This document shows positions 14,056 to 27,740 of a stretch of DNA of 64,000 bases, one piece after another. Source of the DNA: Trichoplax adhaerens (lineage: Eukaryota; Animalia; Placozoa); the NCBI RefSeq assembly GCF_000150275.1, contig NW_002060948.1, positions 2,927,183 through 2,991,182 of the forward strand. Direction: 5' to 3'. The translations under genes and the position numbers were made by a program. The first letter of the stretch is position 1. The number at the start of each line of letters is the position of its first letter. Under the pieces are notes generated by a model that saw only the letters and a program-made list of their open reading frames with translations, was not told where the DNA came from and ran no database searches.

Positions 14056-15072
14056 TTAGCAAATAGAGAATTTTTTACGTGAAGATATTATAAAAATAAT
14101 TGGATTAATAATACATTTAGTTTGATGAAGCAAATATATTATGGCAATAACGTCTTGAAAAAGTATATTATCCACTAGAAATTGATAATTACAAAATACA
14201 ATTAATCCCACCGCGAAGGCTGGGAACCAAGTAATAAAATTGACAAATCCGATAGTATACGCTAGATATACAGCTTTTTTTGGTAATTTAGCTCGTGAAT
14301 GATAAATTGTTCTAAGTCTCCTATCGGGGCCGTAATGAAATTTGCACGCAATAATAATATATGTGCATATAATTATAACATGGGATATTAAGCCAAGGAC
14401 TATCATGGATAAGAAGAATGATCGAACCGAGGAATTATTGATATCATCAATGTAGCACAAGTTATGATAGCGATAAGTGTACCTACTGGGAGGAGGTAAC
14501 AGAGTTTTGGCCGCTATAATATTGCAAGTTATAGCTAATACTATGCTGGCATTCCAGGAAATTACAGATTGAATCACTGCTCTCTTAGGAGTAATATGAT
14601 TATGGTTAGAAAAGGGCCGCATAACTAGCATGTATCTTTCGGTTGCAATTAATACTGTTAAAGTGGTTGATTCGCTTATGGAAAGAATCAGCAAAGACCT
14701 TGCCACATAGCAAGTTGGATGATATGGCCAAGCGATGTCAACAGGAGTGGAATTGGAAATAGAATTTGAGGTATTAGCAACTTCTAGGTTATCTAATCTA
14801 GAATAGAGATCAGAGCTTCCCATAAGCAATAAATATAATGAGCCAAACAAATCAGAAATTGCCAAATTAATCATAAAAATCAGAAAAGTTTGATGCTTTA
14901 TAGGATTGCGTATGCTATATACCATAGGGGATGAAATTGTAGATACGGCTTTCAATCTTTGGATTTGAGCTTTCGCTGTAATGAGCGCAATGATATTAGC
15001 TAGCGTCCCAATTATGCCGAATGTCCAAGCTATACCTAAGGCGACATAATTACTATTAAATATTGATGCCAT
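14056..15072 (-). CDS. Intronless LGR-like 7TM GPCR (338 aa)
   Basis: MASIFNSNY, NLAISD, WPYHPTC, ERY, YHNLC, NFITWFP, INPIIF. Confidence 0.95.
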   Translation of the reverse strand: MASIFNSNYVALGIAWTFGIIGTLANIIALITAKAQIQRLKAVSTISSPMVYSIRNPIKHQTFLIFMINLAISDLFGSLYLLLMGSSDLYSRLDNLEVANTSNSISNSTPVDIAWPYHPTCYVARSLLILSISESTTLTVLIATERYMLVMRPFSNHNHITPKRAVIQSVISWNASIVLAITCNIIAAKTLLPPPSRYTYRYHNLCYIDDINNSSVRSFFLSMIVLGLISHVIIICTYIIIACKFHYGPDRRLRTIYHSRAKLPKKAVYLAYTIGFVNFITWFPAFAVGLIVFCNYQFLVDNILFQDVIAIIYLLHQTKCIINPIIFIISSRKKFSIC

Positions 15073-16104
15073 TTATTGATTATTAACCAACGAGTAGCTT
15101 ACAAATCGGACTATTTAAAAATTCTTAAACAGTCAGTCTATCGATCTATCGATCTTCAGTTGCAAGGAGATTCGTACATCTTACCAGTAAGGGCTCTAAG
15201 AAATTTTTAATTTTTACTTTTAGCGTAGCATATAATACGTATATTGAACGAATGAAAATGAGACGGCTACAGCGACAAATACTAAATGAAAGTGATCATG
15301 TTATTATTACTCACTGGTAAAATATCATAAAATTAATTTAATTGTTTTAATTAATTTAGTATTGATTAATATCAAACTATACAAGATAATATCCAATATA
15401 CGTATACATGTATATTTACTGCAGGGTATTAATTGCTGAATAACAGGCTCATAGCATCGAAGGAACTCGTATTTCAAAATATAAAATTTATCAATTACTA
15501 TGTGACCCTATCTCTACTTTATTATCGTACTGTATTTATTCCTAATAGAGGATGTGCAATTATAATATTTTATTTTAAATGCATTAATCGAGATTACTTA
15601 CGGGTAATTTAAAGAATCTATCGGATTTGTTGGTATTAATAACATAAATTTTCTTATATTTAATGACTTAATTACGTAATTTCCTTGATTATAGCCATTA
15701 ATTAAGTCAACAGATGGAAAATAATTAGGTTTCAAATTAAGAAGTAAACAATATTAATTATTAGAATAATTTTGCTTTGTGAACTATAATCGACAGCAGA
15801 TAATACAATTTCTGAAGCGTTTATATAGGCGAAAATTTAGATTCTGTTATTTTAGAATCGGGCTCTCTCTAAGTGTCAAAGCTAAAAGAAGTATATTAGC
15901 AATGATATTGTCTATGAGGCTCAACAGCATCTCTTGGAATCACAATCATATCACTGAAACGATTTGAGTAAAACTGAACTAGCTCCTAGCTTGTTGATTC
16001 TAGTATATTATTGTAATGAAAGTATCTCACAAATAACTGTCGTAGTCAAATGAAAATTTCTGAAAGGCTTTATGGCAAGGTTTAGGATTAGTAGAGCAAT
16101 AATT

Positions 16105-16283
16105 TATTACTACGAGAATCTAGTATTTAGAGCTCAAAGTGAAATGAAGTCTCTCCAATGTGAGCTCATCTCCACAGTTCTTAAATACATTTCGTTAAAT
16201 CTATTTATGGCAACATAATAAGCTGCAAATCAGACTTGGGTCATCAAACAGAATACTTTTTCTCAAACAGATCATCATTATCT
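16105..16283 (+). repeat. Interspersed repeat also present at 33162-33370; host of the LTR A insertion
   Basis: GAGCTCAAAG...TGTGAGCTCATCTC...AAATACATTTC...CATCATTATCT is shared by both loci. Confidence 0.8.
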
Positions 16284-16852
16284 TGTCACAAACCAGCTTC
16301 GTGCCAAAGATAACCTAAAACAAATCTCTAAATTACTATAATTTCCAGGATTCAGTATTCCTTAACTACCTCACAAGAATTTAGACACCTTTGTTTCTAC
16401 GTTAAAACAACTATATAACTCTTCTTTTATTCAACCATTTGCCGAGCTTAAATACCCTTCGGCAGTAGCTATCATGTATGAGTCATAACAGCTCACGAAA
16501 GTTAGCTCATATTTGATAGCTAAATTAATACAGACATTATTCTTAATTTTGGACATGTACTGAACGGTTCTAGATTATTAGACTACAGTATGTTCGCACA
16601 CAGAATTATTTATAGTATTATCTATAATTGAATATCGTCACGATATTTATCACAAGCGTTACAAGACATAATACTATCATCAATTAATATTAGTTACCTT
16701 ATGAGAACTCTTACTATAATACAGCGAAATTTGCTGTAACAAAATAATAACTAATGTAGTTCTTACTGTAAGCCATTATTAGTTATCTCCATATATAAAT
16801 GTTAAACACTAAATAAAGTCATTTACCCTTCACGGTGGCTCGTACCGTGGTA
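16284..16852 (-). mobile_element. Solo LTR family A (569 bp)
   Basis: Reverse complement of 7882-8454; ATCT duplicated on both flanks; empty site visible near 33350. Confidence 0.88.
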
Positions 16853-17099
16853 ATCTTTCATAATCCGAATTAATCGGCTTAAAATATCACTACTCTAACA
16901 TTAATATCCAGCTTCTTTCGGTCTAACGCGTCTTCACAATTACCGTATATCATATCACATAAATCTTTTACCATAATTCGTCAACTGGCTAATATCAGTT
17001 TTTAACAATTTTTAATATAGCAGTTAGAAACCGTCTAATATTAGCATTACGGTAATATCTATTCTTAGTAGCCTAGCTATATCAAATATAGCTACCAAC

Positions 17100-18330
17100 A
17101 CAATCAAATGTGGGGTGCTTCACTGCAATTATCAGCTTAAAAATTAGGATATATGTCTACTGTAGTGTGTAATTTCATAGAGCAAGCTACCGCATTTCAA
17201 CATTACAACAATTGCCTTCCTTAAAATATCTTGGTAACAACAGGAAAATTTAGCTACAATCTATTACCATGCTTTTATGTAAATCTAGCAGTGTTTGGTG
17301 TTTAATTTGAAACGTGATCGGAAGGTTCAGCTACAGTTACTGAATACTAAAAAGTACTGTAATAACCAGTATAGCAATTAATGCATATAGGCGTTTGTTA
17401 ATCGCAATATCACGAACTTCGAACTACGAAGTCATTGCTTACGGAAAGCGTTTCGAACATCGAGTCATACGATAATAGTTTTTTACGTAGGACTGATTTT
17501 TTAAATTAAGGTTAAAGTCTTCTTATGTAATGTAACTTTTCTTTCTACTTAGCTAGTTCACAGCAGTTAAAGCTAATTGAAGAAAGCTTTTTGATGCGTA
17601 AGGATGTCATCTTTATCTATATTGACGATACAGCTTAAGTCATTCATTTCTAGTCAATACGGTACTATACATAGCATCTAACTTAAATGTTTACTAACAA
17701 AATTATTAGGTTTGCATGGTAAAGGATATATAAGTAACATTGCATCTATTGACTGTAGATAGCATACGGTATAGAATTTATGCAGTCTGTTAGCGGTATT
17801 GATCGCCTCAAATATTCAGAAAGAAATTTTGAGCAACCTTCATCCAAATTTCGATATTACAAAAACATTGCTGGACAATTTGATTATTCCGAAAGATCGT
17901 TGGTACCGTATATTAGATTGAATATTGTAGTGTTATTAGAAATACAGAATTACTAGTGGCTAAGACATTAAATACTGGAGGACATTAACAGTTTTTATCC
18001 CCAGTAATAATAGATGCAAAAATGCTGTGATAGGATACAATCCGTTAGACTGTACAAGGTAACTATGTTGAAAAATATGCTATGCATTATAATACGAAAT
18101 ATTAATAACCATAGAAAAGAAGCTGTGATCAAACAGTCGAATCCAACTTATAGAACGCATAAATCTCAAAAGAAATTTGTTAGTGTTAAGCTGTCATAAT
18201 TAACAGGATTGTGATTACGATAGCTGACTAATTTTGAATTGCGCTTTAAGGATCATTACAGAGCTGTCACAAATCGAAATTTAAAGTATTTAGGGAGAGC
18301 CAATGGCAGAAAATTTATACAAACTCACAG
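17100..18330 (+). mobile_element. Highly degenerate Gypsy-like LTR retrotransposon pol remnant
   Basis: Broken-frame peptides in RT-RNaseH-integrase order: QATAFQH (~17182), YEVIAYGKR (~17425), LIASNIQKEILSNLHPNFDITKTL (~17800), IIPKDRWYRILD, ILEDINSFYP, QSN..LIERIN (~18135), YRAVT...GRK. Recognised by eye only. Confidence 0.45.
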
Positions 18331-20112
18331 TAAATTTCACTCGTATTCCTTTAGTATCGCCAATGCTACTACAACAATGACTGAAAGAATAATTCAAAGT
18401 TCGTCGATTAGTTTGTAACCGGAAAATATCTTGTTGGTCAGATTTTTACGGTCAATATGATTAAGTGCCGGTAGTCAATTTATTTTTGGAGTTATGCAAC
18501 TTTACCTCTAAAATTCGTAAGGTCGAGAAAATTTTGCTCTCCTCTTCAGACGTACGTTATAATAAGACTCTTGGAATAGAAATTGCTATTGTGCCATATT
18601 ATGTAAGTTAAACCGTTAATTGTATAAACCCTTTCAGGTTAATTCTGTATTACCTGATATGTTTATGCTATAACTTGAGTATCCTAACCAAATATTATAG
18701 TATGCAGCGATAACAAATCGTTGCAAATACTAGTATACTAATGCAATATCACTTAATGCTAATGAAATCTGATCTTTAAAGCATATACTATCTTGTGTAT
18801 CCTACCTCAGCGGAATGATTTTGAAAATGGGATCGGTATGTAAGTGTATTTGCAATGCCAATATGTGTTAATTTAAGAGAAATTGATAACAAAAAACATT
18901 TTATCCGTAGACTATTCATCGGATGTACACGTTTCAGCATTACTGATTAGTGATGCATTGGAACTTAGACAGTAAGAATTGATTCAATTTTAATTAAAAT
19001 GATAATGAATTAATTTAAGTATCCATCATTAGATGACCAGCTTATACATAGCTTTAATTTGCTTTTATTAAAATGGCATTCATTATTGTGTTATTTACGA
19101 CGTTGATTTTAATCCATAATACGCTTATGTTCCATAATCACGCCTTAAGTTAAGATAATCAGTCGATTATTTGCAATTTAGGGTGCAAATACCACCCAAA
19201 TAAGATATTACAGCTGCTATTTCCGTTTTTTATGGCCTAAACTACAGAAATTATGATACATGAATATGAATCACATTTGGTCAAAATTCTTCATATTCCA
19301 CCGGTAACGTTACTGTAATGATGCCGCTAAAAGTAGCTACTTTTATATTATTTCCCATGTTACTTTACTACTATTAATCATCAAGAATAAATTATTTCAT
19401 TTAGGTTCTATCTCTGTGTAGAATAGTTAATTACGTTGGTGTTTGTTGTAGATTACGGATATGCACCATGCTAGAATCATATTATTGTGAAGTCTGAGTA
19501 TAATATGATTATATTATAACAATTACGAGGCCGAGACCTGGTCCAAAGTGGTATTCTTAATGCTGTACTCCAATCGTAGAAGCGTGTGATAATGTATTAG
19601 GTATAATACTGGTTGTTAATAATACGTCTTAATTGGATATGCGCCAAGGATAGTTAAGTAATTTGTTATGTTATCACCTTATTAGCGCTCTCTAAACTCG
19701 TGCTCAGGGTAGAGGACAAAATCATGTATTTATCTTTCCATTAAGAGATCTTGCTTTTAAATTTGACTTGAATCTTTCAGTGAATAAGTCTTCCTACTTT
19801 GCATAAACTTATGGCTTAGATTTTATCACTATATAAGATTTAATTCTATGATGCAGCTTTCGAACATGTCCGCGCACTAACATTAGTGTCAGATTCCAAT
19901 TTTCGTTAATAATGAAGAGTCCATGTCGATTTGTTTTAAAATCGATATTACACTCATTTAGATGCCCACAATAGAAGTGAATCATATTTAAGAAGTCACT
20001 AACGCATTACTGAATTGATAAAGTTACTTTGAAATTCAGAAATATATGCATTCACAATGAACCAACAATTTCTAATGATGTTAATTTGATTAATTAGTCT
20101 AATAATGTAGAC

Positions 20113-21358
20113 ATCAAGACCATTTTCGGTGTTGATGATACAGGTAGAGTCTGTTATGAGATCGTGATAGGTATACAATAGGATTAACAATGCAATTAAT
20201 CTGGGTCAATAAAATAAATGACGGGGCAATTATCTGCTAGACTTTGTTGTTGTTGAAGTCTCGCTCTTTAATGAAAGTAGTAAAACTACAGCAAAACTTG
20301 GAAACAATGGCATTTTAGTGTATTTGCACCCTTAATGTAATCTACCCTTAAATATAGACATATCTACGGTCTGTTTACTCTACATTCAAATATGGCTTGC
20401 TGCATTTAGCTATTACAGTCCTCACAATTTTCTACAATCATCTGCAATTCTGTAAGCTGTTATGGAATATGTTATATCTAATTCTACAATCCTCTTCTCT
20501 GAATGTGCTCTAATTCAATAGCTATAAATACCGGAATTTTCTACCCTAGAATTATTAGTGCCTTAGTATTCCACACGCTACTTCACGACAGTTTGCATGC
20601 TGATCTACGCTACCTCTCACACTGTACCTTAATTTCTATCTCTACAATAAAGTAATCTCTTTGCTTAAACTTCTTGTACAATATTCTGTATGGCGACTAA
20701 ACACGCATCATCTGACGGATCGAACCCTCCATCACTGTCATGAAATTAGTAAATCCAATAATAATTGCTGTCTATAATAGTATTGTATCTATTCTAAGAT
20801 TAGTAGCTCTCGATGTCCTCAAAGAAGCATTATTCCTATTTTTTTCTTATGTAACATAATATAGACGTGTAAAAATATATAAGCGCAGTATAGACAATTA
20901 CTTCAATTATAGCCGAAATTAATGGTAAGGTTTTAACGTATTGATAACGTACATTATTTGTTGTAAACATGTTGCAATATCGATAATTTCGATTAAGATA
21001 CGATGATATCGTTCAGTTAGCCGCAATACTAGCCACAACAGCTGAAAATAAACTACAGATCCAAGATATTAAGGAAATGATAATGACGCTTCTCGACAAT
21101 ACGAGTGTATGTAATGCTTCAGAAAATGAATCCCACTTTTTATACGTAAAGATCGATCCAGTGCAATGATATAAGTAATTATGGCTGATTCATAAACGTT
21201 TTTTACCAGTACCATTTGTAACATGTCCGGACGAATTTCTAGGAAAGACACCAATGGTCTTCCATTTAGGTATTGTCGGAAAAAAGGACTAAAACATTAC
21301 TGAAGACTTCAATAACACCAGCTATATTAAGGAAATTGTCATAGAGTATTGGCGGCAT
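20113..21358 (-). pseudogene. Cryptic cluster GPCR pseudogene split in TM6 by an LTR
   Basis: ATG at 21358 gives MPPILYDNF...SNVLVLF. TM3 SAIITYIIALDR; ECL2/TM5 RYCNMFTTNN...FYTSIL; TM6 IIGFTNFMT|LTR|LFPSFAV; TM7 QINCIVNPIVY. The TM2-ECL1 region is deleted. Confidence 0.85.
20313..20735 (+). mobile_element. Solo LTR family C inside GPCR TM6
   Basis: Reverse-complement homolog of 60374-60836; CTATAAATA TATA near 20522; AATAAA near 20646; TSD TGGCA/TGTCA. Confidence 0.85.
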
Positions 21359-21592
21359 GGATATTAATGATTACTACTGCATTCATTCCGTATAAAAGAA
21401 ATGAAGATAATAGGACAATTTACTAATCGGCAGTAAAATATCTAGTTGAGCATTATACTCGTACTTGCGGCAATACGGAGATAAATTTAAAATTGAAGCA
21501 TATAGCTTTGCAATGAAAAGGTATTATAAAGTTGATTGAAATTTTTAACTTCTAAATAATACTGTACAGTAGCAAAATATAAATTATAATTA

Positions 21593-21913
21593 CTAGTGCA
21601 AACTCCCGTCGCTTTGCAGACGGTTTACGATAATGTGCTCATTTAATTAACAGATAGTACTGTACTGTATTACCATTTGATAGACCTGTCTGAGGTTCAA
21701 TAACTTTTTGCCGTGTACTATAAATTGTAGTTATTTATTAATATGATGAAATGTTTTTTGACCTTGACCTTCAATTAGTCTAAAACTATCGAAAAATATA
21801 TCTAAATAATCATATTAATTTCCTAATTTAATTGGGTATAACAGAATAATATTTGCATAAAATCTTGTGTAATTAATTCCAGAACTCCTGAACTCGGAAG
21901 AATTAGGGATAGT
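21593..21913 (-). mobile_element. Putative non-autonomous Helitron-like element (3' end at 21593; far end uncertain)
   Basis: Minus strand shows GC hairpin CCGTC-TGCAAAGC-GACGG, then 9 nt, then CTAG followed by T, matching the Helitron 3' signature. Confidence 0.5.
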
Positions 21914-22304
21914 TAAATGTTACCACAAAGCACAGTTAAACTGTTAACATGCGAAAAATCTTATGGTAGTTATCTTAGCCTGTATAAATGTGTTACTGTA
22001 TTAGATGATTATGATACTTTATTCTGTCAACACATTGAAAGAGCAAATGGCTTTTTAGCGCATGATCGATTGATTAAACTTGATACTACATATAGCTTTG
22101 GTTATTTTTATGGAGTCTGATTTAATAAATTAGGTTGTGTATTACATTTCACGTTTGTTATTAGTATCATTTTCTAATGATATTGATACCATCATTGATG
22201 GCTGTAATGGTTTACACAGAATAAAGTATTCTAGTGGGCCACGGCTGATAATGAAACGGTGAAGTGCGGTACTTCATTTGCTCTTTATAAAGATCTCATT
22301 TAAT

Positions 22305-22810
22305 TGTAGTAGCACAGTAGGGTGGCTAATAGGACGAAACGGCGCACTTGTACTACTGTTTCTAGACTTGGATTCTCCACTTAAGCAAGTATCTAATAGC
22401 CAAATAAAGGACTATGAAGACTGTCTTTCATATACGAGTTAAAGTATAATTATCCGGTTTATCTTGACCTGGTGTTAAATTGAGCTCTTACAGTCTAAAA
22501 TTAGTATGTCTACTATAGAATGGAAGCATTTATTAAGAATAGTTTGTATAGAAGTAATTTGTGTGCAAATTTGTCTAAGTGGTATTATCCGGTTTATCTA
22601 TAGTCCTTTTCGACTATTCTTATGAGGAGAAGAAATTGGAAATCTCCTCTGACAGACAGGACTACCAATAAACGTTATTATTCAAGGCTATTTTTTCGGT
22701 GTTGGTTTCGTTTATCACATTGAGAAATTAATCAATTTCTGTTAACTCAAATTTTGGGTTACGTAGGCGAACCAACAGTAATAGCTGGAGGCTATTACTC
22801 GGTCATTACA
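22305..22810 (+). mobile_element. Solo LTR family D
   Basis: TGTAGT...CATTACA ends; aligns with 56988-57495, 23880-24336 and the reverse complement of 51220-51658; AATAAA near 22667. Confidence 0.85.
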
Positions 22811-23879
22811 ATTATTATACCAAGAATCCAAGTCGGTCTAAGACCGTAAATTATTAAGCTATGAACCTAACGTAATAGCGATGAAGTTACTAACGTGACA
22901 TAAATAATTAAATTTAAGTCGGCTATGAGCTTTCTGTTCGAGAAATCGAATAGTAGCGCACAGATGGACAGAAGAATGCAAGCAGCACTGTGCCTTCCGT
23001 TGCAGTAAACAGTTTTTGATACTCTATTGTGATGAAGTATAGAAATAGCGTAAGAAAATGTTTCCTATCATTTTTATCCGCAGTCAGATCTATAGAATTG
23101 AACTTTCAAATCTACGACCATTATAGTTACTGTTAGCTGACGAAATATTCAATTTTTATTCTAATGTCATCAGATTGTTACGTAATAGCAACAATTACAA
23201 TAACACTTAGTTTCGACTTCACTTTTTATATTTTAATATCACTAAATTATTCAAATGATATATAAAGACGATATAAGAAGTCCTTCATTTTGGAATTTGT
23301 TTTAGTATTGTTTATTTATGTTGATCAATTAGGTCTAAAGAAAAATAAAAAGCAAACGGTAGAAGTATAAAGAGAGTGAAAACTAAAGGTCTAATCGCTA
23401 TATTACTAGTTCAAGAAAACAGACTCGGCTACTTGATTTCATGATACTCACTTATTTTTGCCAATTGAAATACAGGCTTTTTATAACATAATGCACCATT
23501 ATATCTAATTTGACCGAGATTTAATTTCTATTTGATATATAATTCGCAGTAACTCAACTTAATATTAACATACATGCTCTCACTTTTTAATATGATTTTT
23601 AAAAATAGCTCTTATATGCTAACTTACTTTCAGCACTACAATTATCCAGTTATATTAACTAAAAGTAGCTGTAATGGAGTTGGTGCATAAATATCAAGAA
23701 ATCTATATTACTGGACATTTATTTAGCTCTGGCTGTTAGCGTTATAATGCTATGATAACATTATCGTACAATTAGTTTCACAATTTGCTATTCGATGCGT
23801 GCAGCAAAGAGGCGAAAGAACGAATTATGGTGTGATGTCTATCAGTCATAATCTCAGCCAATTGCAGTAGTATATTTGT

Positions 23880-24336
23880 AATGTTTCTAGTATGAGATTG
23901 GGATTCTCCAGTTAAGGTCGTAGCTGACAGCCAAATATAGAATTATATAGACTGTCTTCCACGTAAGAGTGAAAGTATCATTATCCACTTTATCTTAGCC
24001 AGGTGTTCAAACGAACTTTGCAGTCTCGAATTAGTTTATTTACTATAGAATGGAAGCATTTATTTGTATAGTTTTCATGGAAGTGATTTATGTGCAAATT
24101 TGTCTAAGTAGTATTGTCTAACTCATCTTAGCCGCTTCCAACCGTTCTTATGAGAGAAGAAAACCAAAATTCTTCTCCAATGGATGGATGTATCAATAAA
24201 CCTTGTTATTCAAGGCTATTTTTTCGGTGTTGACCTTCGTATGACATTGGAGAACTACTCAATTTTGCTAACTTAAATTTTGGGTTAGGTAAGGGAACCT
24301 ACAGTAATAGCAAGAGACTATTACACAGTCATTACG
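23880..24336 (+). mobile_element. LTR family D copy (5' degraded)
   Basis: TACTATAGAATGGAAGCATTTATT...GTTATTCAAGGCTATTTTTTCGGTGTTG...GTCATTAC shared with 22305-22810. Confidence 0.8.
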
Positions 24337-24804
24337 CTATCTAATATTAGAGATTGCAGTAACCTGTTTCATACCAGCTTATAGTTTACTTTCTGCTGAT
24401 TATTAGTACTGTTGCATATGTAAACAATTCTTCAGAAATGACAAAATATATTTTTGAAATTATAGAGCCGTTTTACTGGTTGATAGCAATATTACGAATC
24501 ATTATTAAACTCGACAAATAAAGAGTAAAGGCTTGAAATGATTTGATATACTACGCTTGTATATTGTCTTCATCTTCACTAGCTGCTCAAACTTAGATTA
24601 ATACCGTTTTTCTTGCTTCAAGTGAGATATAGGTAAGTGATTAGTATAATTGTCGTACAATTTACAATTTTTATTCCAATTAGTATGACTACATCGTACT
24701 ATGACGATAACTTCAATTGCATAATTTTGCTTAGGATATAACCGGATATACATCTAACTAAGGTATCATAGTCGTCCATGTATACCGAAATTGATAATAA
24801 AAAT

Positions 24805-25827
24805 TTAACGTAGCTTTCGGCAAGTTATAGACTTACCGTAAATTGACAATAAAAATATGACTGGATTGATACAGCAGTTACTTTGTAGGAATAACACAAA
24901 GATTATAACCAAGCTATAAAAATAATCATTAAATTCTGCGAATGTAAAGTCAAAATAGCTAGAAATGCCAACAGCATAGGTAGGCAACATAGCTACAAGA
25001 TTGGTAAAACTTAAGATAACAGCTATAAATAACACTTTGTATTCATATTGAGGATCACAGTATTTGACTCTAGATGTAAATATTCTATTTCTAGCTGATC
25101 GCAATTTACACAAGATCATAATATAGAAAAACATTACCAAACTATACATCGTTCCACCAGAAGTAGACATGATCAATAGTAGAAATCTAGCTGACCAATG
25201 CCTTAGATAGTTAATAATACACACATTATGATAACGATAGCTTAAACGATATGGCGGCAAGGTGGTATTATAAGCAATAATATTACCTGTAATACCTAAT
25301 ACTATACTTGATAGCCAAGTTATTGATATAGCTATTGTAACAGCCTTGATAGACACAGGTGAGACACCAGAAAATGGATAAAACAAACGTATAAATCGAT
25401 CGCTAGCAATAATTACCGTTATACAAGTTGATGTATGAATTGAAAGTATGTATAGAAATCTTCCAATATAGCAAAATGGATCATTTATCCAAGCTTCATA
25501 GACCATACTAGAATTAAGAAAATTTCCGAAATGTTTAGATACCGTTAGTGGGATAGATCGATAGTGTAAATCTGCTGCGGCTATAATTAGCAGATAAAAC
25601 GATCCCAAAGTATCCGAAATAGCTAAATTAACAATAAGAATATAAAATATTCGATATCTAGACGACAAGATTTTACGATGTCGAATTGATTTTGTCACAG
25701 CATTCGCTTTTGGATTGAGGACACGAATGACTTTAACAAGAACCACAGGATTGGCGATCAGCCCAATAATGCTAAATAACCAGGTAATAGCTAGAGCAGC
25801 GTAATTGTTATAAAGTAAAGAAGCCAT
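24805..25827 (-). CDS. Intronless LGR-like 7TM GPCR (340 aa)
   Basis: MASLLYNNY, NLAISD, WINDPFC, SDRF, YHNVC, TNLVAMLP, NCCINPVIF. Confidence 0.95.
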   Translation of the reverse strand: MASLLYNNYAALAITWLFSIIGLIANPVVLVKVIRVLNPKANAVTKSIRHRKILSSRYRIFYILIVNLAISDTLGSFYLLIIAAADLHYRSIPLTVSKHFGNFLNSSMVYEAWINDPFCYIGRFLYILSIHTSTCITVIIASDRFIRLFYPFSGVSPVSIKAVTIAISITWLSSIVLGITGNIIAYNTTLPPYRLSYRYHNVCIINYLRHWSARFLLLIMSTSGGTMYSLVMFFYIMILCKLRSARNRIFTSRVKYCDPQYEYKVLFIAVILSFTNLVAMLPTYAVGISSYFDFTFAEFNDYFYSLVIIFVLFLQSNCCINPVIFLLSIYGKSITCRKLR

Positions 25828-27740
25828 GAAATACGATGATAGATAAAGCAGATCCTTACTCGCTCTGTAATCTCTATAAATTTATTAAATGTACTAAAGC
25901 TTGGTAAATGAATTGGCCGCTTGTTAATTTGAAGTTAAGACTTTTATCCAAGTACATCAGATTAGCAATATATGCTTGTAGGTATTTAAAGGGCCTTACA
26001 AAAATGTTTTAGTGTTCACATTTTAGCTTTTTCGACAATTTTGATTTCTAAAGTTGATATTAATAAATATCCTCAATCACTGCTTAATAATAAATTGAAA
26101 CAATCTCTAGTTATAATAATAAGGATTTAATGATTTCTATCAGTGTTGAATTTGATTTAGTTTTCGTAACAATCAGAATAAGCAAGCAAAACGTTACTGG
26201 GAAAGCTACTGTTATAATTCGATCATTAGTTTACTATTAAATTGAATTAATCAAATATTCTCATTGTAAAATCCAGAAGAAGACACTGAAGAGCCCGTTG
26301 AATCCAATTTTATAACCGTAAAAGGCAAAATTTCTTTTTCAAACAATGCCAGTACTGATTTTAAATAGGGATTAAATACCTGCCAATGACGACAAATCTT
26401 GTTCTCGTTACGTGAATGAAACAGTATCCGAGCAACGGAAATGGATATTTTTAATTCTTTTTAAAGGAATAGAAGACTGTCAAACCCATTATAGCCTAAT
26501 AATAGCCTATTCAAAAGCTTCAAGTATAGATCATATTATAACAAAAATATTTAAAAGAATGACCCCTGTAAATATGAAGAAAAAAATAGTATAAAAGATA
26601 TTAATACTCTTTAGAAAGAGGATAAGAAATAACATTGTTCATTAAAATCTACTGCTATATATTTACGATGGAGCTATCAGAAGAATATTCATTACAATAT
26701 ATTTTTCTATAAAGTACAATCGCTAGATTAAACTATTTTTCCTGAATGCTAGTTACAGTAATGGATGTCACTTACCATTTATCATTTATTAAAGGTTGAG
26801 AATAAATTAGTGGTGATCAAAAAGCACTGTTTTCTACTTGTATGATAATATATTGTAAGTAACTTACGAATTAATCATAGCCAATTATTTAAGAGGCAAC
26901 GTAGAAAAATTTTACTATTAACGCTTTATCTGAATTATCTGAGTTACTGTTTTATAACTGTAGTAAATTATAACTACATGCCACTAAAAATCTGGCTGGT
27001 ATACCCTTATGATGCTGTTATTGAATATCACAAGAGCTTAGGAAATAATAGCCAACATCATCAGGCAATATCGCTGAAATTGTTTAATTTAATTTAGGCT
27101 ATTCTAGCAACAGTAGTCTACATAGTAATTACGGAAAGTAATGTGATGTTTAAATAACTGAATAAGTGTTGGGATTAAAATGAATAGTATGAATAACAAA
27201 CTTGTCTTTGACTTCTTGTAATAATGTTCATCCCCGAATGTTGCCGTCTTAGATCATTGTGAACTATTAATTGACCGCACTGATTATTGCAGATCCATTA
27301 TCTTAAAATTGTGAACTAGCTCATGTACAGTAAATCTGTTTGTAGGTAGAAAATATAATTGATTTTGCTTACGTTTCAGAAATGGCTATGTTTCGTAATA
27401 GAAATTTTTCTACTTTGAAACAGTAAAGATAAGGGAGAAATCTCCGGGCTTGTCCAATAAAACTATAGTGCTGAATAGTAATCTGTACTCTTCTCATTAT
27501 AACGCTATATATTGATCAAAGCTAGCGCTTTAAAATGTTATATTCACAAATATCAACCAACACGATAACATTCTGACAAATAAGAAAATGACCGATGAAT
27601 TAGAATAAGCAATAGCCTATTAGAAAAATGTGCTTAAATAAATATTTTATCAATAACTTCTTCTATAAACTTATAGCGGATACTGCAAATTTTATGCGTC
27701 GGTGAACATCCTACAATAGTCAACTAGAGTGGGTCATTGC

